DNA of 64,000 bases from Thermofilaceae archaeon (GTDB lineage: Archaea > Thermoproteota > Thermoprotei > Thermofilales > Thermofilaceae). How positions within the stretch are numbered: position 1 is the stretch's first letter; each line of letters opens with the position of its first letter. The notes beneath the pieces were generated by a model. That model saw only the letters and a list, made by a program, of their open reading frames with translations, had not been told where the DNA came from and did not search any database. Shown here piece by piece: positions 39,768 to 49,557 of the stretch. Where the stretch lies: contig JAVYWK010000009.1 of the NCBI GenBank assembly GCA_038727095.1, forward strand, positions 1 to 64,000, given 5' to 3'. A program made the position numbers and the translations under genes.

Positions 39768-40103
39768 CTAGGCTATCTTGATCCAGTACTCGGCTGCATC
39801 CTGAATGACTATGCTCCTCCTCTTGGCCTCCTCAAACTCCTCCGGCGTGTAAGTCAGGATCTCGAAGCCCCTGTCGCGCGGCAGGAGCCCTCTCACGAGC
39901 GCGTACCTCCTCCCCAGATCCAAACCCTTGAAGGCGTCTGACACGACTATGAGGTCTACGTCGCTATCGGAGAGCCAATCACCCCGAGCGTAACTACCGA
40001 AAAGGTAAACCTCTACGCTGCCCAAAACGCTCTTCGCCCTCTCAGCAAAACCCCTGAGAAGCTCCAACACGTCCTCAGGCACGCGGCCCGGCACGGGTAT
40101 CAT
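39768..40103 (-). CDS. Minimal nucleotidyltransferase (MNT)
   Basis: LFGSYARGDWLSDSDVDLIVVS. Confidence 0.92.
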   Translation of the reverse strand: MIPVPGRVPEDVLELLRGFAERAKSVLGSVEVYLFGSYARGDWLSDSDVDLIVVSDAFKGLDLGRRYALVRGLLPRDRGFEILTYTPEEFEEAKRRSIVIQDAAEYWIKIA

Positions 40104-40379
40104 TTCATCTTCTGATACTTTAATGTTCCCGCATTTGAGCCCTTGGCGATTCCGGCAGTAGACGCGTTACGAAGAGGGGCCCCGATCGGTGAAGCAGTGC
40201 GGCCTTGAGGGGTTCGAACTGGGGACCTGGGGGTGGGGTAGGCTCAGATGGGAAACCCTCGCTGCGCGGGGCAGCGCCCTTCACCGGGTTGGGTGTGGCG
40301 CACCGGCGGCCGCGTAAGCGGCATGCGTTCGATGCGACTGTCAAGCCTCCCGATTTTCCCTAGGAGGTTGGGCGCTCGT

Positions 40380-40930
40380 GCCAGTTCCGTTGGCGCTCTT
40401 CAGGAGGCGCGGAGCGTTTACGGCAGTACCGGCTTCGGGTTTCTTGCGGCTGTGGTGTCTTCGGCGAGCATGAGCGGCAGCACGAGGAGGACCGCAACCA
40501 CCATTTACTGAGCGCTTTCGAACCCTCACCCGGATCAGTTGATGCCCGCCTCGTCGGGTATTCCGGACGTATACCGTCACTACGTTTGCAAACTCCTCAT
40601 TTAACAGGTGCAGCTGGACAGCTGTGACCCTGAGGGCTTAGAGGTAGTGCTCAACGTCCTCCAGCAGCCGGGTTCGATGGGGAACTGCTCGCTGAGCGCC
40701 AGCTTCGCCAGCATCGCCTCAACGTCCTCCAGCTTCTCGGCCACACTCGATGAATCGGCGCACCTCATATCGCAGTTGGTTGAGCAGGTCGCTGACGTAG
40801 TGGAAATCGTAGAAGCGAGAGCCCCAGTCGACCACTCCCTGAAGATATTGCATCCATGGGGGAACGCTTACAGCTCGGGCTCAACAGCGGCTAGCGCCTT
40901 TGCCGCGTCATCGGATACCCTCCATTATCT
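40380..40930 (-). pseudogene. Pseudogene of unknown family, paralogue of 42085-42350
   Basis: VAEKLEDVEAMLAKL...EHYL*ALRVTAVQLHLL with frameshifts. Confidence 0.5.
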
Positions 40931-41081
40931 CACGGTTGCGTTGAATCACACCTGTAATGAATAAGCTGGCATTAATGCTAGAGAAAAAGGAGTACGGGCT
41001 GTCTGGAGAGGATAGAGGCTATTTCAACCGGCCGCTCCAGCAGCTTCCGTAACCGTTAGACCGCACTGGTGAACCGCTCTT

Positions 41082-41525
41082 TCAACCCATCCAGCACGCG
41101 TAGTACAGCTCCAGTGCAGCCCACCTGGATGTACCGCCACTATCAATGACGGTTGCACCGTAGTCGGGCCTCCGGGGCGGCCCGTACAGTTCACCCAGCA
41201 GCTGGAGCATTCTTTCCGTATCAATGCTCTTCCACTGGCACTCTAAAACCGTGTACAGCAGCTCCTCCATTATCCTCTCCACCGTATCCACGGTTAAAAC
41301 ACTCCTCCTCTCAGGCACTGGTGGAACCAGAACGATCCTAGCCAGGAACGGTAACGCTCCAGCCACCTTCCCCACTCTAACCTTTATCCGCGGCACCTCC
41401 ATCCTCCACGAGTCCACTTTGATGACGCTACCCTGCACATCGATCCGGATGGGTTTACCCCCTAACAGTAGAACCGCAGCCTCCCTAGCCACCCGTTTCA
41501 CATCCTCCTCCAAACCCATACCCAT
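41082..41525 (-). CDS. Hypothetical protein (orphan)
   Basis: 147-aa ORF with GGGG RBS and AT-rich upstream promoter; no motif recognised. Confidence 0.6.
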   Translation of the reverse strand: MGMGLEEDVKRVAREAAVLLLGGKPIRIDVQGSVIKVDSWRMEVPRIKVRVGKVAGALPFLARIVLVPPVPERRSVLTVDTVERIMEELLYTVLECQWKSIDTERMLQLLGELYGPPRRPDYGATVIDSGGTSRWAALELYYACWMG

Positions 41526-41551
41526 CCCCGGCTTACAACCACGCTAAGGTT

Positions 41552-41622
41552 TTTAAACATTTTGTTTAAATAAGCACAATTTTGTGCCGCAATTCCTTAA
41601 ACATTATGGTACAAATTTGTGC
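41552..41622. promoter_or_regulatory. Three palindromic operator-like sites
   Basis: tttaaaca-ttt-tgtttaaa (41552), gcacaattttgtgc (41574), gtacaaatttgtgc (41609). Confidence 0.55.
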
Positions 41623-41624
41623 TA

Positions 41625-41762
41625 TTTTCTACTATCTCTTGATAGCGCCGATAATGACGAAGCTTTATTGGAAAATAAGTTTATGAAAAACTTTCTACTA
41701 ACCTCTTGATCGCGTTCAACTACAAGTACTTGTGGGAGAATTTAACTCTTCCTCTTATCGCG
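41625..41762 (-). CRISPR. Mini-array, repeat family C (2 clear plus 1 degenerate repeat)
   Basis: ttttctactatctcttgatagcg (41625), ctttctactaacctcttgatcgcg (41691); 43-nt spacer. Confidence 0.65.
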
Positions 41763-42084
41763 CACGCTTTTTTGTAAACAACCATGCAGACTCTGAGACG
41801 CTTACTTCGCTCCTCTCTCCCTGAGCTCGCGGCTCGGAAGTAGAGAGCTGAGGCGTGGAGTCTGTGACACGGTCGTTCTCGATAAAGTCTGCCTCCTCTA
41901 CAGGCTTCCCCCGCATAGCCCACGTACTGTTCAGTAAAGACAGTCTGCACAACGATAGCGAGAGGAATCTGTCGTACTTGAGGTACATTCGGGATGACAT
42001 CAGCATCCCACAGCGAGTCCCCAGCCATACCGCTTCAACCACTTCACCTACGACCACGGCTTGAGAGGAGTCCCCCCTTGAAGA

Positions 42085-42350
42085 CTAGGTGCGCTGATAC
42101 ATCGAGTAGGCTGAGAGGCTGAGGCTAGAGGATGTGGAGGCGATGCTGGTGAAATTGGACAGCGTCGCCGCGTACCGATACATCGAGCCCGAGCTGATGA
42201 TCTTCAATCCCTAGCACTACCTCGAGTACCTCAAGAACCTGGCTCTCCAGCTGCTCTGGCTCCTCGAGGGGCCCAGAGGCGAATGCAAGCCGGTCGTGTA
42301 CATCGCGCAGAGGCTCGGCGAGAAGCCGGATCGGATCTACCTCGGGGCTG
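42085..42350 (+). pseudogene. Pseudogene of unknown family, possible C-terminal HTH
   Basis: AERLRLEDVEAMLVKL...NP*HYLEYLKNLALQLLWLL...VVYIAQRLGEKPDRIY. Confidence 0.5.
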
Positions 42351-42401
42351 AGAGAGTGCGCGCCGGAGCTGCTCTCTCGGCCTCGGCTGGTGTTCACTAG
42401 T

Positions 42402-42546
42402 CTTTCAATATTGATACTGACGGCGAAAACACACGAGAAAAATATCAATCGATTCTTCGCTTTCAATTCATTCCTTGTTGATACCCGCGTTTCCTTGACG
42501 TGGTATTTGCGCTGGAGGATGCTTTCGATTCATTCCTTATTGATAC
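42402..42546 (-). CRISPR. Orphan mini-array with family A repeat (3 repeats, 2 spacers)
   Basis: Perfect repeat at 42460, 2-mismatch copy at 42522, internally deleted copy at 42402. Confidence 0.85.
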
Positions 42547-42843
42547 GAGCTGGGTTTAAGGTTAGTATACTGGGAGCAAAACGGGGTTTCCGCCTCGGCT
42601 TCAACATTGGGTCTCCGCGCGCTTCTGCCCCCCTGGTGGTTTACCGGGGGCAGCTTCGCCATCCGACGCAGATTCTGCGCGCCTGCCTTGGTCCATGGTG
42701 TCGGCGTGTGTCTCGGGCCGCCCGGGAGGCACGTTTTGGTGCCTGGTGCGCGTGGAGCCCCGGTCTGTGAGTGCTTTGCCCCCCGGGGTGCTGCGCGATC
42801 TTTAGCGGCTTCGCGCGCTTGATGCTGCTCGCGGTTTGGCTTC

Positions 42844-43284
42844 TCAGGTTTGCAGGACGTTGAAGCCGCTGGCGCTCGCTATTCTGGCCAGCTTCTTGTC
42901 GAAGGTGAGGAGGGCTTCGAAGCCCTCGGCTGATGCCAGCTGGACGGCGTCGGCCAGGTAGATGCCGTGCTTGAACGTGTAGTCCACGGCTCTCGTGATG
43001 ACTCTGAGGCTCAGGGGGACGAGCTTCAGCTGGTTGAGTTTGACGAGGAGGCGGGATTCGCCGATGAACTTAGCGAAGACCGTTCTCGCGTCCCTCAAGA
43101 CCCCCCTCCTCTCGTACTTGTGCAGGACCACCGCCACCTCGCCGATGTTCCACACCGAGAAGCCGACCTTGACTCTCCCGGCGTAGGCTTCGCTGTAGAG
43201 CTTGTCGACGCTCTCGCTGTGCTCCTCCCAGACGTACCTTTTCACCAGGGCGCTAGTGTCCAGGTAGACGCTCCGCGCGCTCAT
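42844..43284 (-). CDS. vapC: PIN-domain VapC toxin
   Basis: YLDTSALVKRY, GE, LADAVQLASA, TFD. Confidence 0.9.
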   Translation of the reverse strand: MSARSVYLDTSALVKRYVWEEHSESVDKLYSEAYAGRVKVGFSVWNIGEVAVVLHKYERRGVLRDARTVFAKFIGESRLLVKLNQLKLVPLSLRVITRAVDYTFKHGIYLADAVQLASAEGFEALLTFDKKLARIASASGFNVLQT

Positions 43285-43540
43285 CCCTGACCTCCCTAAC
43301 CGCCTCCTCCGCTCTAAGCCCCCTGGGCCTGCCCGCCTCAACCTCGGACCCCGTGTAGTACCTCTTCTCTAGGCCCAGAGCCTCGCAGAGCCTCTCGAGG
43401 AACTCGGCCTCCTCGTAAAGGGTCAGGGACTCCTCGACAACCTCGCTGAGAGTCCTCCCCTCCAGCGCGAGCTTGCTCTTCAAGCTCCTGACCAGGTCGC
43501 CCCTCAGCGAGAGCGTCACTTTGACCTTCCCGACCACCAT
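43253..43540 (-). CDS. RHH-type antitoxin
   Basis: KVTLSLRGDLVRSLK...LSEVVEESL; overlaps the PIN gene. Confidence 0.8.
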   Translation of the reverse strand: MVVGKVKVTLSLRGDLVRSLKSKLALEGRTLSEVVEESLTLYEEAEFLERLCEALGLEKRYYTGSEVEAGRPRGLRAEEAVREVRDERAERLPGH

Positions 43541-44188
43541 ACCGCCGGCAGTACATACGTACAGCAGTATATAAGTATCGCTCGGCGCCTTTAGCCTCCC
43601 GCTCTCTCCCGGCTCCATCCGGCGCACACGCCGGTCCAGCCCCACCTCCACGGGTGCAGAAACAGGGTTGTCCGAGTTTTCCCAGAGTGGAACGCGGCCG
43701 CTTCTGGGGCGAGATCGGCCGGCTTGTAGCCCATCGCTAGTAGTGACTATGGAAGCTCAAACCCCCGGAAGGAGATAACGCGTACCTTGGCTCAACTGTG
43801 AGACTGTGAAGGGTCGATGCCTTAGAGTGTCTCCCGCCCGGCATCAGGTCGAGGGGGATGCGCCAGAGGCACTGTGAGTTTGAGCGGCTTCGATGGGTGA
43901 CGTATTGCAGGCGGGCAGGCACAGCGCTACCTTAGAGTCCACGAGGGCCTCGTTTGTCCTAGGGGAGGGTAGGGAGTGAAAAGATGTTGTCGGCGTCTCC
44001 CAGCCTAGCTCAACCAGGCAACCATCGCTGTAGAGTGCCGGCATCAGCGTCGCAGCCACTGCCCCGGCCGGTTCCTCAGCGTTGACCTAGTATCCGTCTC
44101 TGGGCTTGAGACGGCGTGCAGGCTGCCCCCGATGCGTGCGGCTCCTCGCTCGAGGTCTGGCTTAAGCTGGAAGCGCGAGCGCCGGCTG

Positions 44189-44659
44189 CTATAGCGGGCC
44201 CTGCGTCGGTGAGAGCACCTGCAGATCCCCGAGCTCGTGCTTGCGGGCGACCTTGCTCCAGGCGGACGCGATGCGCCTCCAGTGCTCTAGGTCCTCGGTG
44301 ACGATGATCTCAGCCCCACCTTCTGCTGCGAGAGCGGCGTGCAGCGCGTCGTAGGTGACGTTGGCCAGCTCTGCGACATCCCTCGCTACTTTCAGCGTCC
44401 TCCTGGTGGGTGCTACGAGCTTGATCGGCAGGCTAAGGTAGGCGTCCGCAGCCTCGTATGCTGCCACGGGGCTGAGCTTGGAGAGCGCGCCGAACAACTC
44501 GAATAGGACGAGGTGCGAACCCAAGCCCCGGGCCTCCCCCTTGGCGACCATCTCGAGGACCTCCATGCAGGCGCTGTAGAACTCCGGGTGGCCGGTGGCA
44601 ACGTAGACGAAGACGTTCGTGTCAATGTACGCCCGTCTCCCCCTCAAGAGACCCTTCAA
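44189..44659 (-). CDS. vapC: PIN-domain VapC toxin
   Basis: YIDTNVFVY, FE, YDALHAA, TED. Confidence 0.9.
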   Translation of the reverse strand: MKGLLRGRRAYIDTNVFVYVATGHPEFYSACMEVLEMVAKGEARGLGSHLVLFELFGALSKLSPVAAYEAADAYLSLPIKLVAPTRRTLKVARDVAELANVTYDALHAALAAEGGAEIIVTEDLEHWRRIASAWSKVARKHELGDLQVLSPTQGPL

Positions 44660-44876
44660 CGAGCTTCACCGCGTCTACGCGCTGCGGCCCGCCCAGCAGG
44701 CGCGAAGCGATGCTCCCCAACCTCTCCAGAGCCTTCTCGGGCTTCACGGGCTCCAGCACGATGCTGCCGCCGACAACCCTCACCGACAGCCTGTCGCCCA
44801 CTTTGATACCCAGCTTCTCGCGGACAGCCTTGGGGATCGTAACCTGGTACTTCCTGGTGACCACGACCTCCTCCAT
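44622..44876 (-). CDS. vapB: AbrB-type antitoxin
   Basis: VTRKYQVTIPKAVREKLGIKVGD. Confidence 0.92.
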   Translation of the reverse strand: MEEVVVTRKYQVTIPKAVREKLGIKVGDRLSVRVVGGSIVLEPVKPEKALERLGSIASRLLGGPQRVDAVKLVEGSLEGETGVH

Positions 44877-45184
44877 CGTAGTACTGTAGTGCAGTAGTAC
44901 CGGATAAGCCTTTCCATTTTTGCAGTCCGCGCCTCACCGAAAGCCTCCTGCAGCGCGCCCAGCCCGACCCTCGGAGAGCTCTGCTGCCTATTGGGAGGGG
45001 AGCGAAGCCTCTGCCGCCTCCCTCCCCGCCAGTATGGATACTGTTATTCCTGCAGACCCCTCTTCCTTTTCTAACGATGCATGTATTCGTCAAATCTGAA
45101 TAACTGTTACGACTATAATCTGTAGGAGGATTAGACCCTGCTCTCAGGCAGCTGTTGAGGCTTTAATGCTCATATAACTCCTTA

Positions 45185-45373
45185 TCAGTCCACCCTGAGT
45201 TCATAGAGTTCCTAGTAAGGGCCAGTATCGATTCGGTTTCAATCAATCCTGATGCTGTAGTGTTCGCGAGGAAGCTTGTTGCATCCATAGGACAACGAAT
45301 AATGCTAGAGAAGGCTCTTGGCCAGGTTAAGGTTGACCCTGACTGGGACCTGCCTGATCCTGACGAGGAGTAA
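45185..45373 (+). pseudogene. 3' fragment of PEP synthase (ppsA-like)
   Basis: [35 protein letters not shown] matches the PEP-utilising C-terminal GIDSISVNPD pattern. Confidence 0.65.
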
Positions 45374-45394
45374 GTTTTCTCAAAAGTTTTAATT

Positions 45395-45637
45395 CTAATC
45401 GTAAAAATATGGTTTCAATTCTTCCTCAGGGATGAATCTTAAGGCTTGCCTGTAGATGGCTTTCAAAGTTCCCTTATCCAATTCTTCATGGAGAGGAATA
45501 GTTAAAGATTGTTTTGTTCCATCCGGTAGGATCCTCCTAAGTTTCACATGACTACCTTTTTGAGAAATTATCGTAAACCCGAATCTCGACAATATTTTGA
45601 CTACTTCTCTCCCACTTAATACCTTAAGTCTCGGCAT
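45395..45637 (-). CDS. hicA: HicA toxin
   Basis: LSGREVVKIL, QKGSHVKL, IPLHEELDKGTL. Confidence 0.92.
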   Translation of the reverse strand: MPRLKVLSGREVVKILSRFGFTIISQKGSHVKLRRILPDGTKQSLTIPLHEELDKGTLKAIYRQALRFIPEEELKPYFYD

Positions 45638-45851
45638 AGGAGGGGACTTCTATGCTGACTAGAATGGAATAGCCTGGAAGAATATCCCATTCGCTCAAGT
45701 CCTCCCCCTCGAGATGAAGGCTTATCGCTTCCCTTATGTTCTTCACAGCTTCATCCAAAGTTTTACCCTGGCTGACAACCGGCAGGTCAACACACTCAGC
45801 AACATAGTACTTTTCCCCTTTGTAAATCCTTACCTGTATTATTTTTTTCAT
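45624..45851 (-). CDS. hicB: HicB antitoxin
   Basis: YYVAECVDLPVVSQGKTLDEAVKNIREAI. Confidence 0.92.
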   Translation of the reverse strand: MKKIIQVRIYKGEKYYVAECVDLPVVSQGKTLDEAVKNIREAISLHLEGEDLSEWDILPGYSILVSIEVPSYAET

Positions 45852-46338
45852 ACGGTTTGCTTTAATATTCTCCCCCTCATTTTTAAGCTTTACCCTAGGA
45901 AATAATTGCTAAGACTCTAGCGGGCTACTTGACGAAAGAGATAATCGAGGACGTCATCAAGCCAACCGAGGCGGGGTCCACGAAGTAGCAGTTGTGAGCA
46001 ACGCCGTGTGCTCCCTGGACATCCGACCCCCGAAGCTGCGAGTCGTGAAGCTCAGCGAGCTCAGGATAGCGGACTTTATCTACTTCAGCGAAAGGTACGC
46101 TGCAAGGAGCCTGACGCCGGATCAAATGAGCCGCGCGGTAGAGCTCGTCAGGGAGCTGGGGATCGAATTTGCGTAACCGCGATCCACGCCCTACTTACCC
46201 CGGCCGCAGCGCATCACTACCTCTCAAACGCTTCGTTGTTCAGGGGCTCTCCGCCCACCGGTACATATACCGTTAGGGCTCTGGCAGAGTGGGGATGTAG
46301 ACCCCGACTTTGTCAAGGTCCACGCGGCTAGCTGATCT

Positions 46339-46614
46339 CTACCCCTCTTCAACCTCCTCGACGATCCACCTCCTCCCGATCGACCTGCCGCGGAGCCGCG
46401 GGGACCTGAGCCTGAGGTAGCCGGTCGTGCTCGGCTTCCACAAAACCGTGAGGTACCTGGAGCCTTTCTCGCCCGCCCTCAGCTTCTCCTCCAGAGCCCT
46501 CGCTATGAACTCGCTCCTCGACATCCTCAGCTGCCTGCAGAGGGCGTCCACCCTCTTCAAGAGATCCTCCGGGAGGCTCACGCTCACCTTGACAGTCGTC
46601 ACACCCTGCAACAA
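46339..46614 (-). CDS. CopG/RHH protein
   Basis: VSVSLPEDLLKRVD...SRSEFIARAL. Confidence 0.75.
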   Translation of the reverse strand: MLQGVTTVKVSVSLPEDLLKRVDALCRQLRMSRSEFIARALEEKLRAGEKGSRYLTVLWKPSTTGYLRLRSPRLRGRSIGRRWIVEEVEEG

Positions 46615-46870
46615 CTCTTACCACCGGCTAATCAAGCTTTCCGCTACCACAGCCGCAGAGCCCATGAAGCACGCTCGCCTAAGCCGGTCCCGGCCGGTGC
46701 GATGGGTAAAGCCCTAATGCGCCTAGAGGCGAATGCGGGGAGGGTAGCGTGGCGCTTCGGGGCCCAGCTCTCGAACAGCTACCGGTTTAGAGTGATTGGG
46801 GGTCCGATTCCAAGCTCCACTCGACAATCCCACCGTTAGCGCACTCTAGCTGCGATCCCGGGCTCCTGCT

Positions 46871-47236
46871 TCACAGCAGGTACAGCTCCACTCTCTCCAG
46901 CTGCCCTGTCCTCGGGTTCACCCTCAGGCCGAGCTTCTCGAGCACCGTATTGCCGATCAGCGCGTCCACACCGGGTGGCGTCCTCAACCCCTCCCAGACC
47001 TCCACGTCCGCGGCGGTCACCATCCCCTCGATCTCGACCTCCCCCACCCCGTACTTCACGCTCACCCTGCCACCGTCGGGCAGCACCCTCACCCTCTCGT
47101 GCTTCAGCTCGACGCCCGCCTCCTCGACAGCCTCGGGCCTGGCGATCAAGTCGCCGTAGAAGCCGGTGTCGACTAAAGCCCTGAGCACCACCTCGCCCCT
47201 GGCTCTGACCTTAACTGGGATTACGGCGGCCCCCAT
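46871..47236 (-). CDS. Clan AA (retropepsin-like) aspartic protease
   Basis: ALVDTGF, LPDG flap, ALIG, LEKLGLRVNP. Confidence 0.85.
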   Translation of the reverse strand: MGAAVIPVKVRARGEVVLRALVDTGFYGDLIARPEAVEEAGVELKHERVRVLPDGGRVSVKYGVGEVEIEGMVTAADVEVWEGLRTPPGVDALIGNTVLEKLGLRVNPRTGQLERVELYLL

Positions 47237-47390
47237 CACCAGCTCGCTGACGCGCGAGATCTTAAGCTTGACCGCGGGGAGACCGTTACAACTTGCAGGG
47301 TTGAGGGCAGGCTCGCGTGCTCGTGCGGGCTCCTTGCGGCTGGAGCTGGCGGGGCTCACCGGGAGGGGTGCCGCGGCACCCCGCGGAGCG

Positions 47391-47714
47391 CTACGGCTTG
47401 ATCTCGATCCAGTACCTCGAAACCTCCTTGAAGAAGGCGCGCCCCGATCTCTCGCTGAACTCCCTGGGCGTTAGGGCTACTATGTCGAAGCCAAACTCCC
47501 GCGGCAGCTTCAACCTCACGAGCGCAACCCTTTCCGCGTACTCCATGCCCTCGAAGCGCTCGCACACGACGACCACGTCCACGTCGCTCTCAAGCGTGTG
47601 ATCCCCCCTCGCGTAGCTCCCGAAGAGGTACACCGTCGCGCCGAGCTCCCTGGCGAGCCTCTCCAGCGCCTCAAGGACCTCCCTACGGGTCTTGTAGAGC
47701 TTTTGCGACCTCAT
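47391..47714 (-). CDS. MNT (pair 2)
   Basis: LFGSYARGDHTLESDVDVVVV. Confidence 0.9.
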   Translation of the reverse strand: MRSQKLYKTRREVLEALERLARELGATVYLFGSYARGDHTLESDVDVVVVCERFEGMEYAERVALVRLKLPREFGFDIVALTPREFSERSGRAFFKEVSRYWIEIKP

Positions 47715-48087
47715 CAAGGACCCCTCTAGCCGTCGAGACAGCCTCCTCCGCCTGCTCCCTTGTGATCTCCTCGGAGGGCCTCTCCACGCCGGCACTCGGG
47801 GACCTGGCCACCGTGTAGTACGCTGAGAGCCTGAAGAGGGCCCCCTCGCTAATCTCGCCGAGCAAAATGCCAGCGCCCTTGGCTCTGCGGTAGAGCTTGA
47901 CGAGGTCGTGCCTTCGAGCGTACCCGCCCAGAGCGTGCAGTATCAGAGCCTTCAACGCCTTCTCGGCCGCCTGCTGGGCCGCGAAGCAGGCCCAGTTGTA
48001 GTCGCCCACGCTGATGCTCACCTCCGCGTGACGGAGGTCTGCTCTAGCCTCCGCCAGCCAATCCAGCGCCTCATCCCTTACGGGCAT
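47683..48087 (-). CDS. HEPN-domain protein (pair 2)
   Basis: YNWACFAAQQAAEKALKA, HDL, YTVARSP. Confidence 0.9.
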   Translation of the reverse strand: MPVRDEALDWLAEARADLRHAEVSISVGDYNWACFAAQQAAEKALKALILHALGGYARRHDLVKLYRRAKGAGILLGEISEGALFRLSAYYTVARSPSAGVERPSEEITREQAEEAVSTARGVLDEVAKALQDP

Positions 48088-48292
48088 CACCGCACCCCCT
48101 GGATCCCCCAAAGCTCGCAGGCAGATTAAAAGCGTCACCAGCGCAAAGCGCGAGGGAAGCGGAGCGCCCGCGCTTCAACCACAGCAGGAGTCAGCCACCT
48201 CCGCAGAAACTGCCGTCCCGTGGCCGCATGCTGAAGTGTGATGCCGATGGAGTGTTGTCGGCTGCGCGAGGGGTGCGCATGCCAGAGAAGGG

Positions 48293-48727
48293 TTGAGCGG
48301 TGATGTTGTGAAAGCCTTCGAGGTCGCAAACCACCAGGCTTATTTGGATCGCCCGAGGGCTTTTCCGGGTGAGGGTGTGCACGTGAGGGAGGCTGTCAAG
48401 CTGCACTGCGGTGGCAGGTCGGTAGAGGTTGCAGCGCTTGTGGATACAGGCGCTACCGCGCTGGTCCTGCCCAGGCGCGTGGCCGAGGAGCTGGGGGTGA
48501 AGCCCCTGGGGAGGATGGTCGCTGAGCTCGCGGACGGGACCGTGAGAGAGGTGGACTACGGGGCTGTTGAAGTCGAGGTGAGCGGCAGAAGGGCGCCCGT
48601 GCTCGCCGCAATCGTTGAGGGAGGAGAGGTCCGCCTGGGAGCGGAGGCCCTGGAGAGGCTAGGCCTAGCCGTTGACCCAACTACCGGTAAGATCCATCCC
48701 ACGAGAAGGTTCGTGACGAGACTCTGA
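48293..48727 (+). CDS. Clan AA aspartic protease (true start probably near 48377)
   Basis: ALVDTGA, LADG, RLGAEALERLGLAVDP. Confidence 0.85.
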   Translation: MSGDVVKAFEVANHQAYLDRPRAFPGEGVHVREAVKLHCGGRSVEVAALVDTGATALVLPRRVAEELGVKPLGRMVAELADGTVREVDYGAVEVEVSGRRAPVLAAIVEGGEVRLGAEALERLGLAVDPTTGKIHPTRRFVTRL

Positions 48728-48830
48728 AAGCCACTAGGCCGGCGCCACCTGGCACTGTCGAGAGGCACCTCACCGTAGAGCTCCCGCTTGAACCCACCCT
48801 TAGGGCTATCAGGTGGCCTCTGCTATTGTA

Positions 48831-48852
48831 CTTTCTACTATCTCTTGATTGC
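48831..48852 (-). repeat. Solitary family C CRISPR repeat
   Basis: ctttctactatctcttgattgc, identical to the copy at 6547. Confidence 0.75.
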
Positions 48853-48864
48853 TCCGAAGCGTTG

Positions 48865-49260
48865 AATAGTGCAGCTGTTCGCTCGCCTCGAGGCGGCTTA
48901 AGCTACAGCGAAGCTGCTTTGCTCGCGGAGAGGCGTTGAGAACGCGAAAGCTGGCGAGAGGATCTTACGCGGAGGGAACTACGACATTGAGCCTCCGTGG
49001 CCTATCATGCCGTCCAGCTGCTCTTGAAGCCTGCTACTCGCGCTGGCGGGCGAGGTACGCCGCACCAATGCCGTCGAGCGGCTGCCATCCACGCTCAGGG
49101 ACCTAACGAGTGACTCTTGCTTCGACGATTTTGTCTGAGAGGAGAGAGCTCGTTCACAAGGCCTACGGATGCTCACATAGGCTCGCGCTACCTACCTGGG
49201 CGTACAGGGGGCTGAGAGGCTCGAAGCGAGAGCTAGTGGTTTGGCCGAAGAGTTGGCCTG
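48865..49260 (+). pseudogene. Decayed HEPN gene
   Basis: Fragments EGNYDI, QLLLK, DAHIGSRYLP across frameshifts. Confidence 0.5.
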
Positions 49261-49557
49261 CATCAGCGAGGGGGTAGCCCGTCTATGCGCGGCAACAGAG
49301 AGGGAGGGTGATGGATCTCTTCGGCTTCAGCCTGATTTTCGGCCCTAAGTTAGGAAGGGTACCCCTAAGCCTCTGGCCGCAGACGTCCGGCTCAGCCTAG
49401 CGGCTTAAGAGGCTGTGAACGCTTGCGTCGCTTATGATGCGTTTGATTTAACTCTCGGTAGCACGTTTATCGAAGTTTCGGATGCTTACCCTACTAAGAT
49501 CGTGATCTTAAGTAATGTTTATAAAAACTGTTGGATAAAATCAGAGCGGTCTTGCGA

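Noticed and set aside
43737-44110. ALVDSK segment as a fifth protease remnant
   Set aside because: No supporting flap or LG motifs.
45925-46176. Protein-like 3' gene fragment
   Set aside because: Probably a truncated gene, but the family was not recognised.
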